Assembly (NCBI GenBank): GCA_964549935.1
Contig: CAZJVT010000001.1
Location: 283,922-347,921 of the forward strand
Length of the DNA: 64,000 nucleotides
Reading direction: 5' to 3'
DNA from: an uncultured Candidatus Saccharibacteria bacterium
GTDB taxonomy: Bacteria; Patescibacteriota; Minisyncoccia; UBA6257; 1-14-0-10-44-23
The notes beneath the pieces are model-generated. The model was not told the DNA's origin and did not search any database. It saw only the letters and a list, made by a program, of their open reading frames with translations. Shown in pieces: positions 17,478 to 26,700 of the stretch (the first letter of the stretch is position 1; every line of letters starts with the position of its first letter). Position numbers and translations under genes: made by a program.

Positions 17478-17873
17478 ATGGAAAATCATAAATGCAGTGA
17501 GGGGCGGGCCTGTATGAGCTGTCCGCAGGGTGGAGTGTGTGAGGGGCGATGCGGCTGCGCCTGCCAGAATGGCGCTGGTTGCGGGGGTATGTGGGGTGGT
17601 CACAAGTTTCACATTCTCCGTTTCTTAATCGCGCTTATCATTGTTGGTTTCGTCTTCTCGTTTGGTGTGCATATCGGCGAGCTCAAGGGTGCGTTTGGTA
17701 TGGGCGGCGGGATGTATGGTCGCCACAGTCGGATGTACGGTGGCAACCAGTTCTACTCTGACGGTAACTTTATGATGAGTGCCCCGCAAGGTACAACCTT
17801 CCGGATGGGCGTAATGCCGATTCAAGGCGGAACGATAACTCCTTCTGTTCCGGGTGCGCCAAGTAATAAATAG
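17478..17873 (+). CDS. Cys-rich / Met-Gly-rich membrane protein (putative metal binding)
   Basis: Eight Cys in the first 36 residues (CSEGRACMSCPQGGVCEGRCGCACQNGAGCGG), one TM helix, then Met/Gly-rich tails (MGGGMYGRHSRMYGG, FMMSAPQ, RMGVMPIQGG). Confidence 0.55.
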   Translation: MENHKCSEGRACMSCPQGGVCEGRCGCACQNGAGCGGMWGGHKFHILRFLIALIIVGFVFSFGVHIGELKGAFGMGGGMYGRHSRMYGGNQFYSDGNFMMSAPQGTTFRMGVMPIQGGTITPSVPGAPSNK

Positions 17874-17880
17874 TTCTCAA

Positions 17881-17913
17881 ACATAAAACCGCCGTACGGC
17901 GGTTTTATGTTTT
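17881..17913. terminator. bidirectional terminator (AAAACCGCCG-TA-CGGCGGTTTT) between convergent genes
   Basis: A perfect 10-bp palindrome with A/T runs on both sides. Confidence 0.7.
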
Positions 17914-17918
17914 ACAGC

Positions 17919-18383
17919 TTATTTTGCGAAAGCTGACTTGAAGAACTCCATTTGCGCAGGCGTTACGCTCCCGCCGGTTGCCCACATCGCAAAGGCGTTA
18001 GCGGCCGTTGAGCGGACGCCGACAGATTCTTTGATAACAGGCAGCGGGTTAAAGACCGCGAGCAGTTCCTGGTCCGAGTAGTTGCCGATAACGAACTCGC
18101 CGACGCCGTGGAAGAGTGCATAAGGCAACAGGGCGCTGCTGATGCCGGTGCGGACATAAATAGTCGGGTGGGCCTTCAGAGCCTCCTGTCCGGCCTCCGG
18201 CTTAAACTCATTGCGATAGCAGGACCAGACCGGGTCGTAGCCGTCAGGCTGACCGCAGTCATTATTGATGTTGTTGGAAACTTTGAGCTCCAAAGCCTTA
18301 AAGTCTAAGGCTAGGGCTGACTGGGCGGTTAAAAGAAGCGTGGCGGCAACCGTTACAGCCGCAAGTGTTTTGGTGTATTTCAT
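17919..18383 (-). CDS. hypothetical secreted protein
   Basis: Signal peptide MKYTKTLAAVTVAATLLLTAQSALA followed by a 130-aa domain with two Cys. Confidence 0.55.
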   Translation of the reverse strand: MKYTKTLAAVTVAATLLLTAQSALALDFKALELKVSNNINNDCGQPDGYDPVWSCYRNEFKPEAGQEALKAHPTIYVRTGISSALLPYALFHGVGEFVIGNYSDQELLAVFNPLPVIKESVGVRSTAANAFAMWATGGSVTPAQMEFFKSAFAK

Positions 18384-18427
18384 AGTTTCATTTTAAGTCA
18401 CTTTTCGTAACCGGGCAACCGGTCTTT

Positions 18428-19678
18428 GTGCTATGCTCTCCTTATATGTACGACGTGATAGTCATTGGTGGTGGTCCGGCCGGGATGATGGCGGCCGGGA
18501 CGGCAGCCGAGCGAGGCCTCTCGGTGCTTTTGCTTGAAAAAAACTCCTCGCTGGGTAAGAAGCTGCTGATTACCGGTGGCGGGCGGTGCAACGTGACCAA
18601 TGCCGAGCCGAATTTGCGTACGCTGCTTGGGCGCTACAAAGGGAGCGATCAGTTTTTGTTTTCCGCGTTTTCGCAGTATGACAATCAAGGCACTTTAAAG
18701 TTTTTTAACGGTCGGGCGATGCCGACCAAAATCGAAAACGAAGGCCGGGTGTTTCCCAAGTCTGATTCCGCCCGTTCGGTTTGGGAGGTGCTCGTACAGT
18801 ATATGAAGCAGGGGAAGGTTAAGGTGCAGTCCGACGCGGAGGTCAAAGAAATGATTCTCGGTGCTGACGGCAAGGTCTCGGCGGTTCGTCTGCGCGACGG
18901 TTCGCAACTTACGGCAAAGTCCTTCATCGTCGCAACCGGCGGCTCCTCGCGTCCGGAGACCGGCTCAACCGGTGACGGCTTTGTTTGGCTCAAGAAGCTG
19001 GGGCATCGCATTATTCCAGTAAGCCGCGCGCTTGTCCCGGTCGCCCTCAAAGACGACTGGGTTAAGCGCCTCTCCGGCGTTACGCTTACCGATATTAAGC
19101 TGACGACGCTACTCGATGGCGAGAAGCAGGCGACGCGCAAAGGCAAGTTATTGTTTACGCACTTTGGTATTACCGGTCCGACGGTTTTAAATATGAGCCG
19201 CAGTATTGGCGAGCTGATTCCATACGGCGAGGTGGTTGTTTTGCTCGACCTAGTGCCGCAGTTTGACCACGGCGCCTTAAAAGAAAAAATGCACTTTGTT
19301 TTAACCAGTGAGAGTAACAAAAAAATTAAAAATAGTTTGACGAGCTTGATTCCGGCTGCGCTCGTCCCAGTCGTTTTAGAAATTGCCAAGATTGACGGCG
19401 AGACCTTTAGCCACAGCGTGAGTCGCGAAGACCGGATTAAGCTCATCGCGCTTATTAAGGCGATTCCGATGCAGGTCAAGGAGCTACTTGGCGAGGACAA
19501 GGCGATTGTTTCCTCTGGGGGAGTTGATTTAAGCGAGGTGAATTTCAAAACGATGCAGTCGCGCCTCCTGCCAAACGTCTACGTCATTGGCGACGTCTTA
19601 AATATCGACAGACCCTCGGGAGGCTATAGTTTGCAGCTCTGTTGGACGACCGGCTACGTGGCAGGGAGCAGCTGTTAG
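18428..19678 (+). CDS. FAD-dependent flavoprotein, HI0933/YhiN (aminoacetone oxidase) family
   Basis: The N-terminal dinucleotide fold [32 protein letters not shown] followed by [16 protein letters not shown]. Confidence 0.85.
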   Translation: MLCSPYMYDVIVIGGGPAGMMAAGTAAERGLSVLLLEKNSSLGKKLLITGGGRCNVTNAEPNLRTLLGRYKGSDQFLFSAFSQYDNQGTLKFFNGRAMPTKIENEGRVFPKSDSARSVWEVLVQYMKQGKVKVQSDAEVKEMILGADGKVSAVRLRDGSQLTAKSFIVATGGSSRPETGSTGDGFVWLKKLGHRIIPVSRALVPVALKDDWVKRLSGVTLTDIKLTTLLDGEKQATRKGKLLFTHFGITGPTVLNMSRSIGELIPYGEVVVLLDLVPQFDHGALKEKMHFVLTSESNKKIKNSLTSLIPAALVPVVLEIAKIDGETFSHSVSREDRIKLIALIKAIPMQVKELLGEDKAIVSSGGVDLSEVNFKTMQSRLLPNVYVIGDVLNIDRPSGGYSLQLCWTTGYVAGSSC

Positions 19679-19719
19679 GGATTTTTGCTATTTCAGTAAA
19701 CAAGTTTAATAATGGAGTT

Positions 19720-20028
19720 ATGAAAAAAATATTGAAAATTGGGTTAACAATCTTAGCCTTCATTCTAGTTATTTATTATCTAATGTTCTATGTGCTCTCT
19801 GGCGTAAAGACCCCTTTCGCTAAGGCGTGCTACGGCATTAAAGTTGGAATGGAAAAAGAGACAGTTCTTCGCCTAATGAGTGATTTTGAAAATAAAGAGG
19901 AAGTAATTTTTCAGGAAAAAGACGGTGTCTTAGCATATGTTACTCCAGGATTATCTGGTGATTATCAGTGCTACGTATATCTAGCTGGGGGCGGTACGGT
20001 AAAGTCCGTAGTGAAGATTTTTGACTAG
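19720..20028 (+). CDS. small membrane-anchored hypothetical protein
   Basis: MKKILKIGLTILAFILVIYYLMFYV TM helix. The internal ATG after GGAG is preferred over the track start at 19642. Confidence 0.45.
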   Translation: MKKILKIGLTILAFILVIYYLMFYVLSGVKTPFAKACYGIKVGMEKETVLRLMSDFENKEEVIFQEKDGVLAYVTPGLSGDYQCYVYLAGGGTVKSVVKIFD

Positions 20029-20164
20029 AATATTGAGACCCGTCGTTCTTGAAGTTTAAATGCCCCCCTAATAAAGAATAGGATAGACGATTTGACGTCG
20101 GTTGGCGTCTAGCCTCGGGTGTAACATTTTGGCTATTCTCCAAAAGAAGTGGCATAATCAAATC

Positions 20165-21082
20165 ATGAAAAAGGGTTTACGACAGTGGGTCGCCGATCGA
20201 AATAACAAGCTTTCGCTTTTTAAGCGCGGAAGACTAAGCCGTCTTGAATTTTTGAGGAATTACGCAATATCGTACATTCTTTCGTTCGTACCTTTTCTTA
20301 TTTCTCTTGCCTCTGCGATGCTTTTGGGCGGGGATGGAGCATGGCAGCATGCCCTCGAGAGCCTGCCCGTACGCATTATTCTTGTCTTAATTTGCCTGAC
20401 AATGTATGCGACTACGGTTCTTATCTATGTTTTTGCGTTCATGCAAAGAGCCCATGATTTTCATAAGTCGGGTTGGTTTATCTTGCTTTTGTTTGTTCCA
20501 TTGGTCAATTTTATTATTTTCCTAATATTTATATTTAAAAAAGGCGATCTAGCAGAGAATAAGTATGGCCCGCTCCCTCGCGGAGTTAAGCGCAAGTGGT
20601 TAATTTTTGCGGGAATCGCTTTTTGTCTTCTTATGACAATCAGCCTTATGCTCGTTGCTTTTCAAAAATTGAACTTTCCGACAGCTGAAAAGATTGTTGA
20701 TGTTTCCAGTCAGGCTTCTGACCAAGATAAAGAGTTATTGATAAGGGCTAAAAATGACCCTTTTGTAACTTACGTGAGAACAGCAATAAACGATTTCAAC
20801 GCGGGAAAAGCAGGCAATGTTGATTTAGGTAAATATCGGGAGTACTTACAAAGTAAATTTGTATTGATGCAAATCAATAATGCTGCGGTAATGGGAGGGA
20901 AAGATATGCTGATAGCGTTTACTGACAAACCAGAAATGTTCTTTTACGTTTGGGTATATAAGCAGGGCGATGGTGCCTATGAATTGAGGGCTTTTGCACC
21001 GTTTGAAATTCCTCCAGAAGAGGCAAAAAGGATCTATGACAATGCCAGGCCGGTTATAGAAGAATTACACTTGGCAATTTAG
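20165..21082 (+). CDS. DUF805-family inner membrane protein with C-terminal soluble extension
   Basis: RLSRLEFLRNYAI...QRAHDFHKSGWFILLLFVPLVNFIIFLIFIF..NKYGP matches the DUF805 pattern. An extended -10 (TGGCATAAT) lies upstream of the ATG at 20165. Confidence 0.65.
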   Translation: MKKGLRQWVADRNNKLSLFKRGRLSRLEFLRNYAISYILSFVPFLISLASAMLLGGDGAWQHALESLPVRIILVLICLTMYATTVLIYVFAFMQRAHDFHKSGWFILLLFVPLVNFIIFLIFIFKKGDLAENKYGPLPRGVKRKWLIFAGIAFCLLMTISLMLVAFQKLNFPTAEKIVDVSSQASDQDKELLIRAKNDPFVTYVRTAINDFNAGKAGNVDLGKYREYLQSKFVLMQINNAAVMGGKDMLIAFTDKPEMFFYVWVYKQGDGAYELRAFAPFEIPPEEAKRIYDNARPVIEELHLAI

Positions 21083-21084
21083 TT

Positions 21085-21552
21085 GTGAAAAGAATCTTTA
21101 AAATTTCTATACTAGCTTTGATTTTGGGTCTAGCGCTCTACTATTTTTATCCTGAGACGCGACTTCCTGGCGGTGCAACTATCAATAATATTGTCGTCGA
21201 TAAATCCGAACACCGAATGGATGTTTTTTCGGACGGCCTGCTCCTTAAGAGTTACAATGTATCACTCGGGAGAGGTGAGTGGGGTTGGCATAGTTCCGAC
21301 TGGGATAATATTACGCCAACAGGAGAATATATAATTGATTCTAAGTTTACGAATAGTAGTTTTCATAAAGCCTTGACTATTTCGTTTGGAAATCAGATTG
21401 AGATTCACGGTATGAGAAACCATTTGGGTTTAATCGGAAAGTTCCATAGATGGGTTGATTGGACGGCTGGTTGTATTGCTGTAACTAACGCAGAAGTAGA
21501 CGAGCTTTATCAGGCTGTGCCAGTAGGTACTAAAATCATCATTCGAGATTGA
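21085..21552 (+). CDS. L,D-transpeptidase (YkuD family)
   Basis: The catalytic region HGMRNH...WTAGCIAV (His/Cys). Confidence 0.8.
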   Translation: MKRIFKISILALILGLALYYFYPETRLPGGATINNIVVDKSEHRMDVFSDGLLLKSYNVSLGRGEWGWHSSDWDNITPTGEYIIDSKFTNSSFHKALTISFGNQIEIHGMRNHLGLIGKFHRWVDWTAGCIAVTNAEVDELYQAVPVGTKIIIRD

Positions 21553-21577
21553 TGGTGCGGGAGGGTTTTCAGGGGGC

Positions 21578-21606
21578 TTGACAAGATTTTAAAAGGGTGC
21601 TATAAT
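21578..21606 (+). promoter_or_regulatory. consensus promoter TTGACA-17-TATAAT (csp promoter), near-identical to the promoter at 2759
   Basis: TTGACA at 21578-21583 and TATAAT at 21601-21606, sharing the flanks GGGGCTTGACAA and AAAGGGTGCTATAATG with 2755-2788. Confidence 0.6.
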
Positions 21607-21676
21607 GGGTCTTATCCCACATTGGGATACAGAAAAATCGTCGAATTTCTCACACGTAAAACATCGTATTAAAAAT

Positions 21677-21877
21677 ATGACAGGAACAATCAAAACCCTT
21701 ACTGAGCGCGGATTTGGTTTCATTGCTCGCGAAGGCGAAGCAAAGGACCTTTTCTTCCACTCAAAGGATTTAGTTGGCATCACTTTTGATGCACTCAAAG
21801 TCGGCCAGGCCGTAAACTTTGAAGTCACCCAGGGCGAAAAGGGCCCGGCTGCAACCAACGTTACGCTCGTTGCGTAA
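21677..21877 (+). CDS. cspA: cold-shock protein (CspA family)
   Basis: MTGTIKTLTERGFGFIAREGEAKDLFFH contains the RNP1/RNP2 motifs. There is a ~70-nt 5' UTR. The track start at 21605 lies inside the -10 element and was not used. Confidence 0.9.
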   Translation: MTGTIKTLTERGFGFIAREGEAKDLFFHSKDLVGITFDALKVGQAVNFEVTQGEKGPAATNVTLVA

Positions 21878-21884
21878 TGCAAAC

Positions 21885-21914
21885 AAAAAACCGCTCCGTA
21901 AGGGGCGGTTTTTT
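21885..21914 (+). terminator. intrinsic terminator after csp
   Basis: AAAAAACCGCTCC-GTAA-GGGGCGG-TTTTTTGTTT. Confidence 0.65.
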
Positions 21915-21946
21915 GTTTGTCATAGTGCGCTATACTAGTCCTACTT

Positions 21947-23509
21947 ATGACCCAGGAGCAGGCGCTGACAATTTTAAAAAGCGGTGAGTCGGTTTTTTTA
22001 ACCGGTGAGCCTGGAGCCGGTAAGACGCACACCGTTAACGCTTACGTGCAGTATTTGCGCGAGCACGATATCGAACCGGCAATTACCGCCTCAACGGGCA
22101 TCGCCGCCACGCATATTCACGGAATGACGATTCACTCCTGGAGTGGTATCGCCATCAAGACCGAACTGACCAAAGCGGACTACGAGGCGATGGCGCACAA
22201 TAAGTTTTTGAATCGGCGGCTGCAAAACGCTACGGTTTTAATTATCGACGAGGTCTCGATGCTGGCGGCGCGGACGCTGGATATGGTGGACTCGGTCTGC
22301 CGTAAGATTCGTAATATTCAACGGCCGTTTGGCGGACTGCAAGTTGTTTTAGTCGGTGACTTTTTCCAGCTGCCGCCGGTTTCGCGTGGTGATGCGTCAG
22401 AACGAAAATTTGCTTTTGAGTCGGAGGCCTGGCAGGAGCTGCAGCCGACCGTTTGTTACTTAACCGAACAGCACCGTCAGGATGATCCGGATTTTTTAAA
22501 CGTTTTAGCAGCGATTCGTAGCGGCGAGTATGACACGACGCATCGGCAGCATCTGCAGCTGCGCGTCGGCCGGCACGAAAAAGTGGTCAAAGAATTGCCG
22601 CGGCTTTTTTCGCACAATGCGGACGTAGATACAATTAATACTCGCGAGCTGCGCAAGCTTGATGGCGGTGAGCGGGAGTTTATTATGCGCAGTAGTGGCG
22701 CGGAGCGGTTTGTCGAAACGCTTAAGCGGGGCTGTTTGTCGCCGGAGCGGCTGGTGCTCAAAGTTGGAGCGGCGGTGATGTGTACAAAAAACAACGCCGA
22801 GGACCGGTTTATCAATGGAACGCTGGCGACCGTAACCGGATTTTCGCCGGATACCGGCGAGCCGATTATCAAAACGCTGGAAGGGCGCACTATCATCGTT
22901 GAGCCGTTAGAATGGAGTATCGAGGAGGACGGCAAGGTGCGCGCGAGTATTACCCAGGTGCCACTACGGCTCGCCTGGGCGATGACGATTCACAAAAGCC
23001 AGGGGATGAGCATGGATGCGGCGGTTATTGATTTATCCAGCGCCTTTGAATATGGACAGGGTTACGTCGCGCTCTCTCGCGTGCGCCGATTGTCGGGATT
23101 ATATTTGTTGGGGATTAACGAGCGGGCGCTCCAGGTGCATCCGGAGGTTTTGGCACGCGACGAGGAGTTTCGTCAGCGTTCTGCGGCGGCTGCAGCCGGG
23201 CTGGAGCAGGGCTCGCCGGCACAGCGCTTAGAGTTGCAGAAGGATTTTATTTTAGAATGCGGAGGGAGAGTCACAATAAACAATAAACAAGAAACAAAAA
23301 ACGATAAACAAGGCGAGGAAAAGGGCGTTTGGCTCGCAAAGCAGCGCGAGAAAAATCCTAATGCCTACCAGCCATGGACGCCGAAGGACGATGAGCTGCT
23401 TACGACGATGTTTGAGGCGGGGATTGAGCGTGAAAAGATTGCGGAGTTTTTTAAACGTAAGCCAAGCGCGATTCGTTCGCGTTTAAAGAAGCTAGGACTG
23501 ATGGAATAG
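21947..23509 (+). CDS. PIF1/RecD-like superfamily-1 DNA helicase with C-terminal HTH-like tail
   Basis: Walker A GEPGAGKTHTV, DEVSML, VGDFFQLPPV, a C-terminal UvrD_C-like region (THKSQGMS...VALSRV), then a basic helical tail. Confidence 0.8.
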   Translation: MTQEQALTILKSGESVFLTGEPGAGKTHTVNAYVQYLREHDIEPAITASTGIAATHIHGMTIHSWSGIAIKTELTKADYEAMAHNKFLNRRLQNATVLIIDEVSMLAARTLDMVDSVCRKIRNIQRPFGGLQVVLVGDFFQLPPVSRGDASERKFAFESEAWQELQPTVCYLTEQHRQDDPDFLNVLAAIRSGEYDTTHRQHLQLRVGRHEKVVKELPRLFSHNADVDTINTRELRKLDGGEREFIMRSSGAERFVETLKRGCLSPERLVLKVGAAVMCTKNNAEDRFINGTLATVTGFSPDTGEPIIKTLEGRTIIVEPLEWSIEEDGKVRASITQVPLRLAWAMTIHKSQGMSMDAAVIDLSSAFEYGQGYVALSRVRRLSGLYLLGINERALQVHPEVLARDEEFRQRSAAAAAGLEQGSPAQRLELQKDFILECGGRVTINNKQETKNDKQGEEKGVWLAKQREKNPNAYQPWTPKDDELLTTMFEAGIEREKIAEFFKRKPSAIRSRLKKLGLME

Positions 23510-23600
23510 TAGTCAGGAGTCAGAAGACAGGAGTTAGCAGGGAGAAAATGCAGAGATTGGATAGTAGTTAGGAGACAGGAGCTAGGAGTCAGCAGTAAGA
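23510..23600. repeat. AG-rich degenerate decamer repeats (units of the form YAGGAGWCAG / AGTAGTTAGGAG)
   Basis: tagtcaggagtcagaagacaggagttagcagggag ... gatagtagttaggagacaggagctaggagtcagcag. Related tracts occur at 63094-63130 and, in reverse complement (CT-rich), at 33225-33270, 57140-57160 and 63135-63180. Confidence 0.5.
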
Positions 23601-23630
23601 AAATACGAATAGAAATAGCAAGGTTTTTCC

Positions 23631-23660
23631 TATGGGCATATTCGTGCGAATATGCCCATA
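23631..23660. promoter_or_regulatory. perfect 14-2-14 palindrome TATGGGCATATTCG-TG-CGAATATGCCCATA (candidate operator) upstream of the A2M gene
   Basis: A 30-bp inverted repeat. Its core, TATTCG-N2-CGAATA, recurs at 35277-35298 and 36284-36296. Confidence 0.5.
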
Positions 23661-23717
23661 AGCGTTTTCGGGAAAGGTACAAGAAACAGTGAATGCAGGA
23701 AATTTCGGGATTGTGTT

Positions 23718-26700
23718 ATGCTGATACAAAATACATATATGAACATAGTAGAGCGTCTCAAGACCTGGTTTGCCGGACTCACGCAGCAGAAAAAGATCGG
23801 TAGCGGAGTAGTCGGGGTGGTTTTGATAGCGTTTGCAGTTTTCTTCATTTTGCATAAAGGTATCACCGGCAACTTCCCGTTTTTCACGCCGCAGGCGCAG
23901 TACCAAGTTGTTTACGAGTTAGTATCGGACAAAATTTCGCAGCACAGCGGCATCGTTGTAAACCTACCGGACGGCACTAAACTCGCCACCGCTACCACGA
24001 CGGATTCGGTTTCGTTTACGCCGCAGCTTACCGGCAGTTGGATAGAGACAAAGATTCCGAAGGCGCTTGTCTACAAACCGGCGGTGGAACTGAAAATCGG
24101 TTCGCACTACCAGGTCAGTTTGGCGACGACGGACGGCGTCATTAAAAAAGATTTCATCGTCGACGAGGACCCCAAAATAAGCAGCGTTTTCCCAAACCAA
24201 GACGCGGAGGCGGAGTTACATTCAGCTATAACGATCTCCTTTAACCGTCCGATGGTGCCGCTCACGACGCTTTCGGTTTTAGACGGCCTCAAAGTGCCGG
24301 TGACAATTACGCCGGCTACTAAAGGAAAGTTTAAGTGGATCTCGACGCGCACGCTGCAGTTTGTTCCGGAGACTGCGCTTATCGGTTCGACTAACTATGC
24401 AGTTACTGTTGGCTCACAGCTTGTTTCGATGGACGGTCTCGCTGTGCCACCGGCGACGTATCACTTTGCGACTAAGGCGCTGCGTCTTAACTACGCCTCG
24501 CAAGGCACGCTCACGTACAGCGCTCCAATGCGCTTCCAATTCAACCAGCCGGTTGATTTAGAGAAGACGAAGCCGGGTGTTCGGCTGTTATGGGCTTCAA
24601 AAGAGAATCTTGTGCCGCTCGTCCGGTATGGCAAAAGAATAGTCTCTGATTCAAACGGGAAGGCGGTCAGCGTTGAAGATAAGACGGTGCTCGAGGTTTT
24701 GCCGTCGGGAACGCTGCACGGCAACAACAACGTTTGGGATTTTGAATCGGCCTATCAGGCGTCTATCGACGTTGCGTATCCTATTGGCGGCGAGATAGTG
24801 CTGCGCCAGCCGAGTATCAGCCAAATAATCACTACACCCGCAATCGAGAGCGTCAAAGTCGATTCTCCGAGCACGACGCTTGGCGCCGTAGATTTATTTG
24901 ATCCAAACGGAACCACGACTGTTAATTTTTACGAAGACATTGATATCGGCAAGAGCGACATCAGCGTCAAAGGCTTGGCGGATATTAATTACGGCGAAAA
25001 GTGTGCCGGCGTGGAGCAGGTAAATAAGTACGGCTACTACGGCTCGTATGGCGCGCCGTGTGAAAAGGTCAGCGACCATTCGCAGTTGGTTTTCACATTT
25101 GATTCCGGTGCGAAGTTTAAACGTGGCGAGCAGGTGCCAATCACGTTTAGTAAAATTGTTAACGCGCAGGGCTTCCAGATTAATAAGGAGCCGATTACGG
25201 TACTGCTTACGGTGTATCCGGAGCTGCAGATTTTGCGGACGGCGCCGGCGGATAAGCAGGTAGGCGGCAGCTTGCGAGAATTCGTAATTTGCACCACTGT
25301 GCCGCTTAAAGAGAAGGATGCTGCTGATTTTAGTCGTGACGTGAAGTCGGACAGATATCTGTCCTTTGAGCGATTTAATCCTTCATATCGCGTTGATATC
25401 AATCGCGGGTATAACGAGAAGTGTAATCCGGGTGAGTATTCGACGCGCATCTACTATGGACTTATCCCGCTTAAACCGTATTCAATTACGATGCAGCTTG
25501 AGGATGTCTTTGGCGCGGCCACGACACTGAAGACTTCGTTTACTGCTGAAAATGCTTCTACCTTTTCGCTTGATATCCGTAGTATGCAAAAGGTATACAA
25601 CGTGACGGCACCGGAGCACACAAAGCTCACGTATGCGGCGGAGAACTTCCCGGTTGTACAAATGTCTATCTGTAAGCTTGACCCGAAGACGATGGTGGAC
25701 GAGCTGACGTCAGAAAGCGTTTACTCCAGTAGCCGCGCGCCGTATACTGCGGGATGTCTGGTAAACGTAAAAGATGATATCGCCGTGCCGCAGGAACAGT
25801 GGGTGTATCACTACTTCCAAATTGACCTAGCAAAGTACTTTAAAGATACGCGCGGGCAGTATCGCATTACGCTCACGCACCCGCAGTACACGGATTACCA
25901 GGGCCGCCAGACGTACTCAAACACCTACGTGAGCGTTACCAATCTCGCGGTTGTTGAAAAGCGCGTGCAGTGGTATTCGGACAACTATTATAGCCGAGAT
26001 GCGGCGAAGCTAGAAAACAAACTGGCGGTTCCCGATGACACGCGCGGCGTTGTCTATTTCGCGACTAATAGCGGGACGCTGGCGCCGATTGCCGGAGCCA
26101 CCGTGCGCGTTTATACAAAAAACGGTACAGACGCACCGCTCGATTTTGGACGTATTGGGGCAACCGACATTCGCGGTTTAGCCGAATTTTCACTGACAAA
26201 AAATGTCGCCGGTGCTGTTATAACCAGCCCGGACGGAGTTGATTCTGCCATCGTAACTTCTTGGGGTGACACGCTTGACTCCGGCGCCTGGGGTTGGGCT
26301 CGCGACGTACAGCGCACCTACCTTTATACCGACCGGCCAATCTATCGCCCGGGTCAGGAGGTGTTCTTCAAAGGCATTTATCGCATTAACTACGACGGGT
26401 TCTACAAGAAGCCAAGCGAGGACACGATGGCGGTTGAAATTTCCGACAGTAAGGGTGCTAAGGTGCTCTCACAGAATTTGCCCGTTTCAGACTTCGGCAC
26501 CTTTGGCTCGAGCTTGAAGCTTCCGGCTGACGCCGCCTTGGGCGCATACTACATCTCCGCAGGCGGGAATTCCGCGGTCTTTACTGTTTCGGCCTATGCC
26601 GCCGCCGCGTTTGATGCACAGGCAACTGCTGATAAGGACGAGTATGTTTCCGGTGATACAGCGACGCTGGACATCGCCGCCAAGTATTACTTCGGCGCGC

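Noticed and set aside
21605-21676. Extended csp start (track ORF begins at 21605)
   Set aside because: The ATG lies inside the -10 hexamer. The canonical Csp N-terminus (MTGTIKT...) begins at 21677.
23652-23717. Track start of the A2M ORF at 23652
   Set aside because: The ATG is part of the 30-bp palindromic operator. The downstream in-frame ATG preceding the TM anchor is more plausible.
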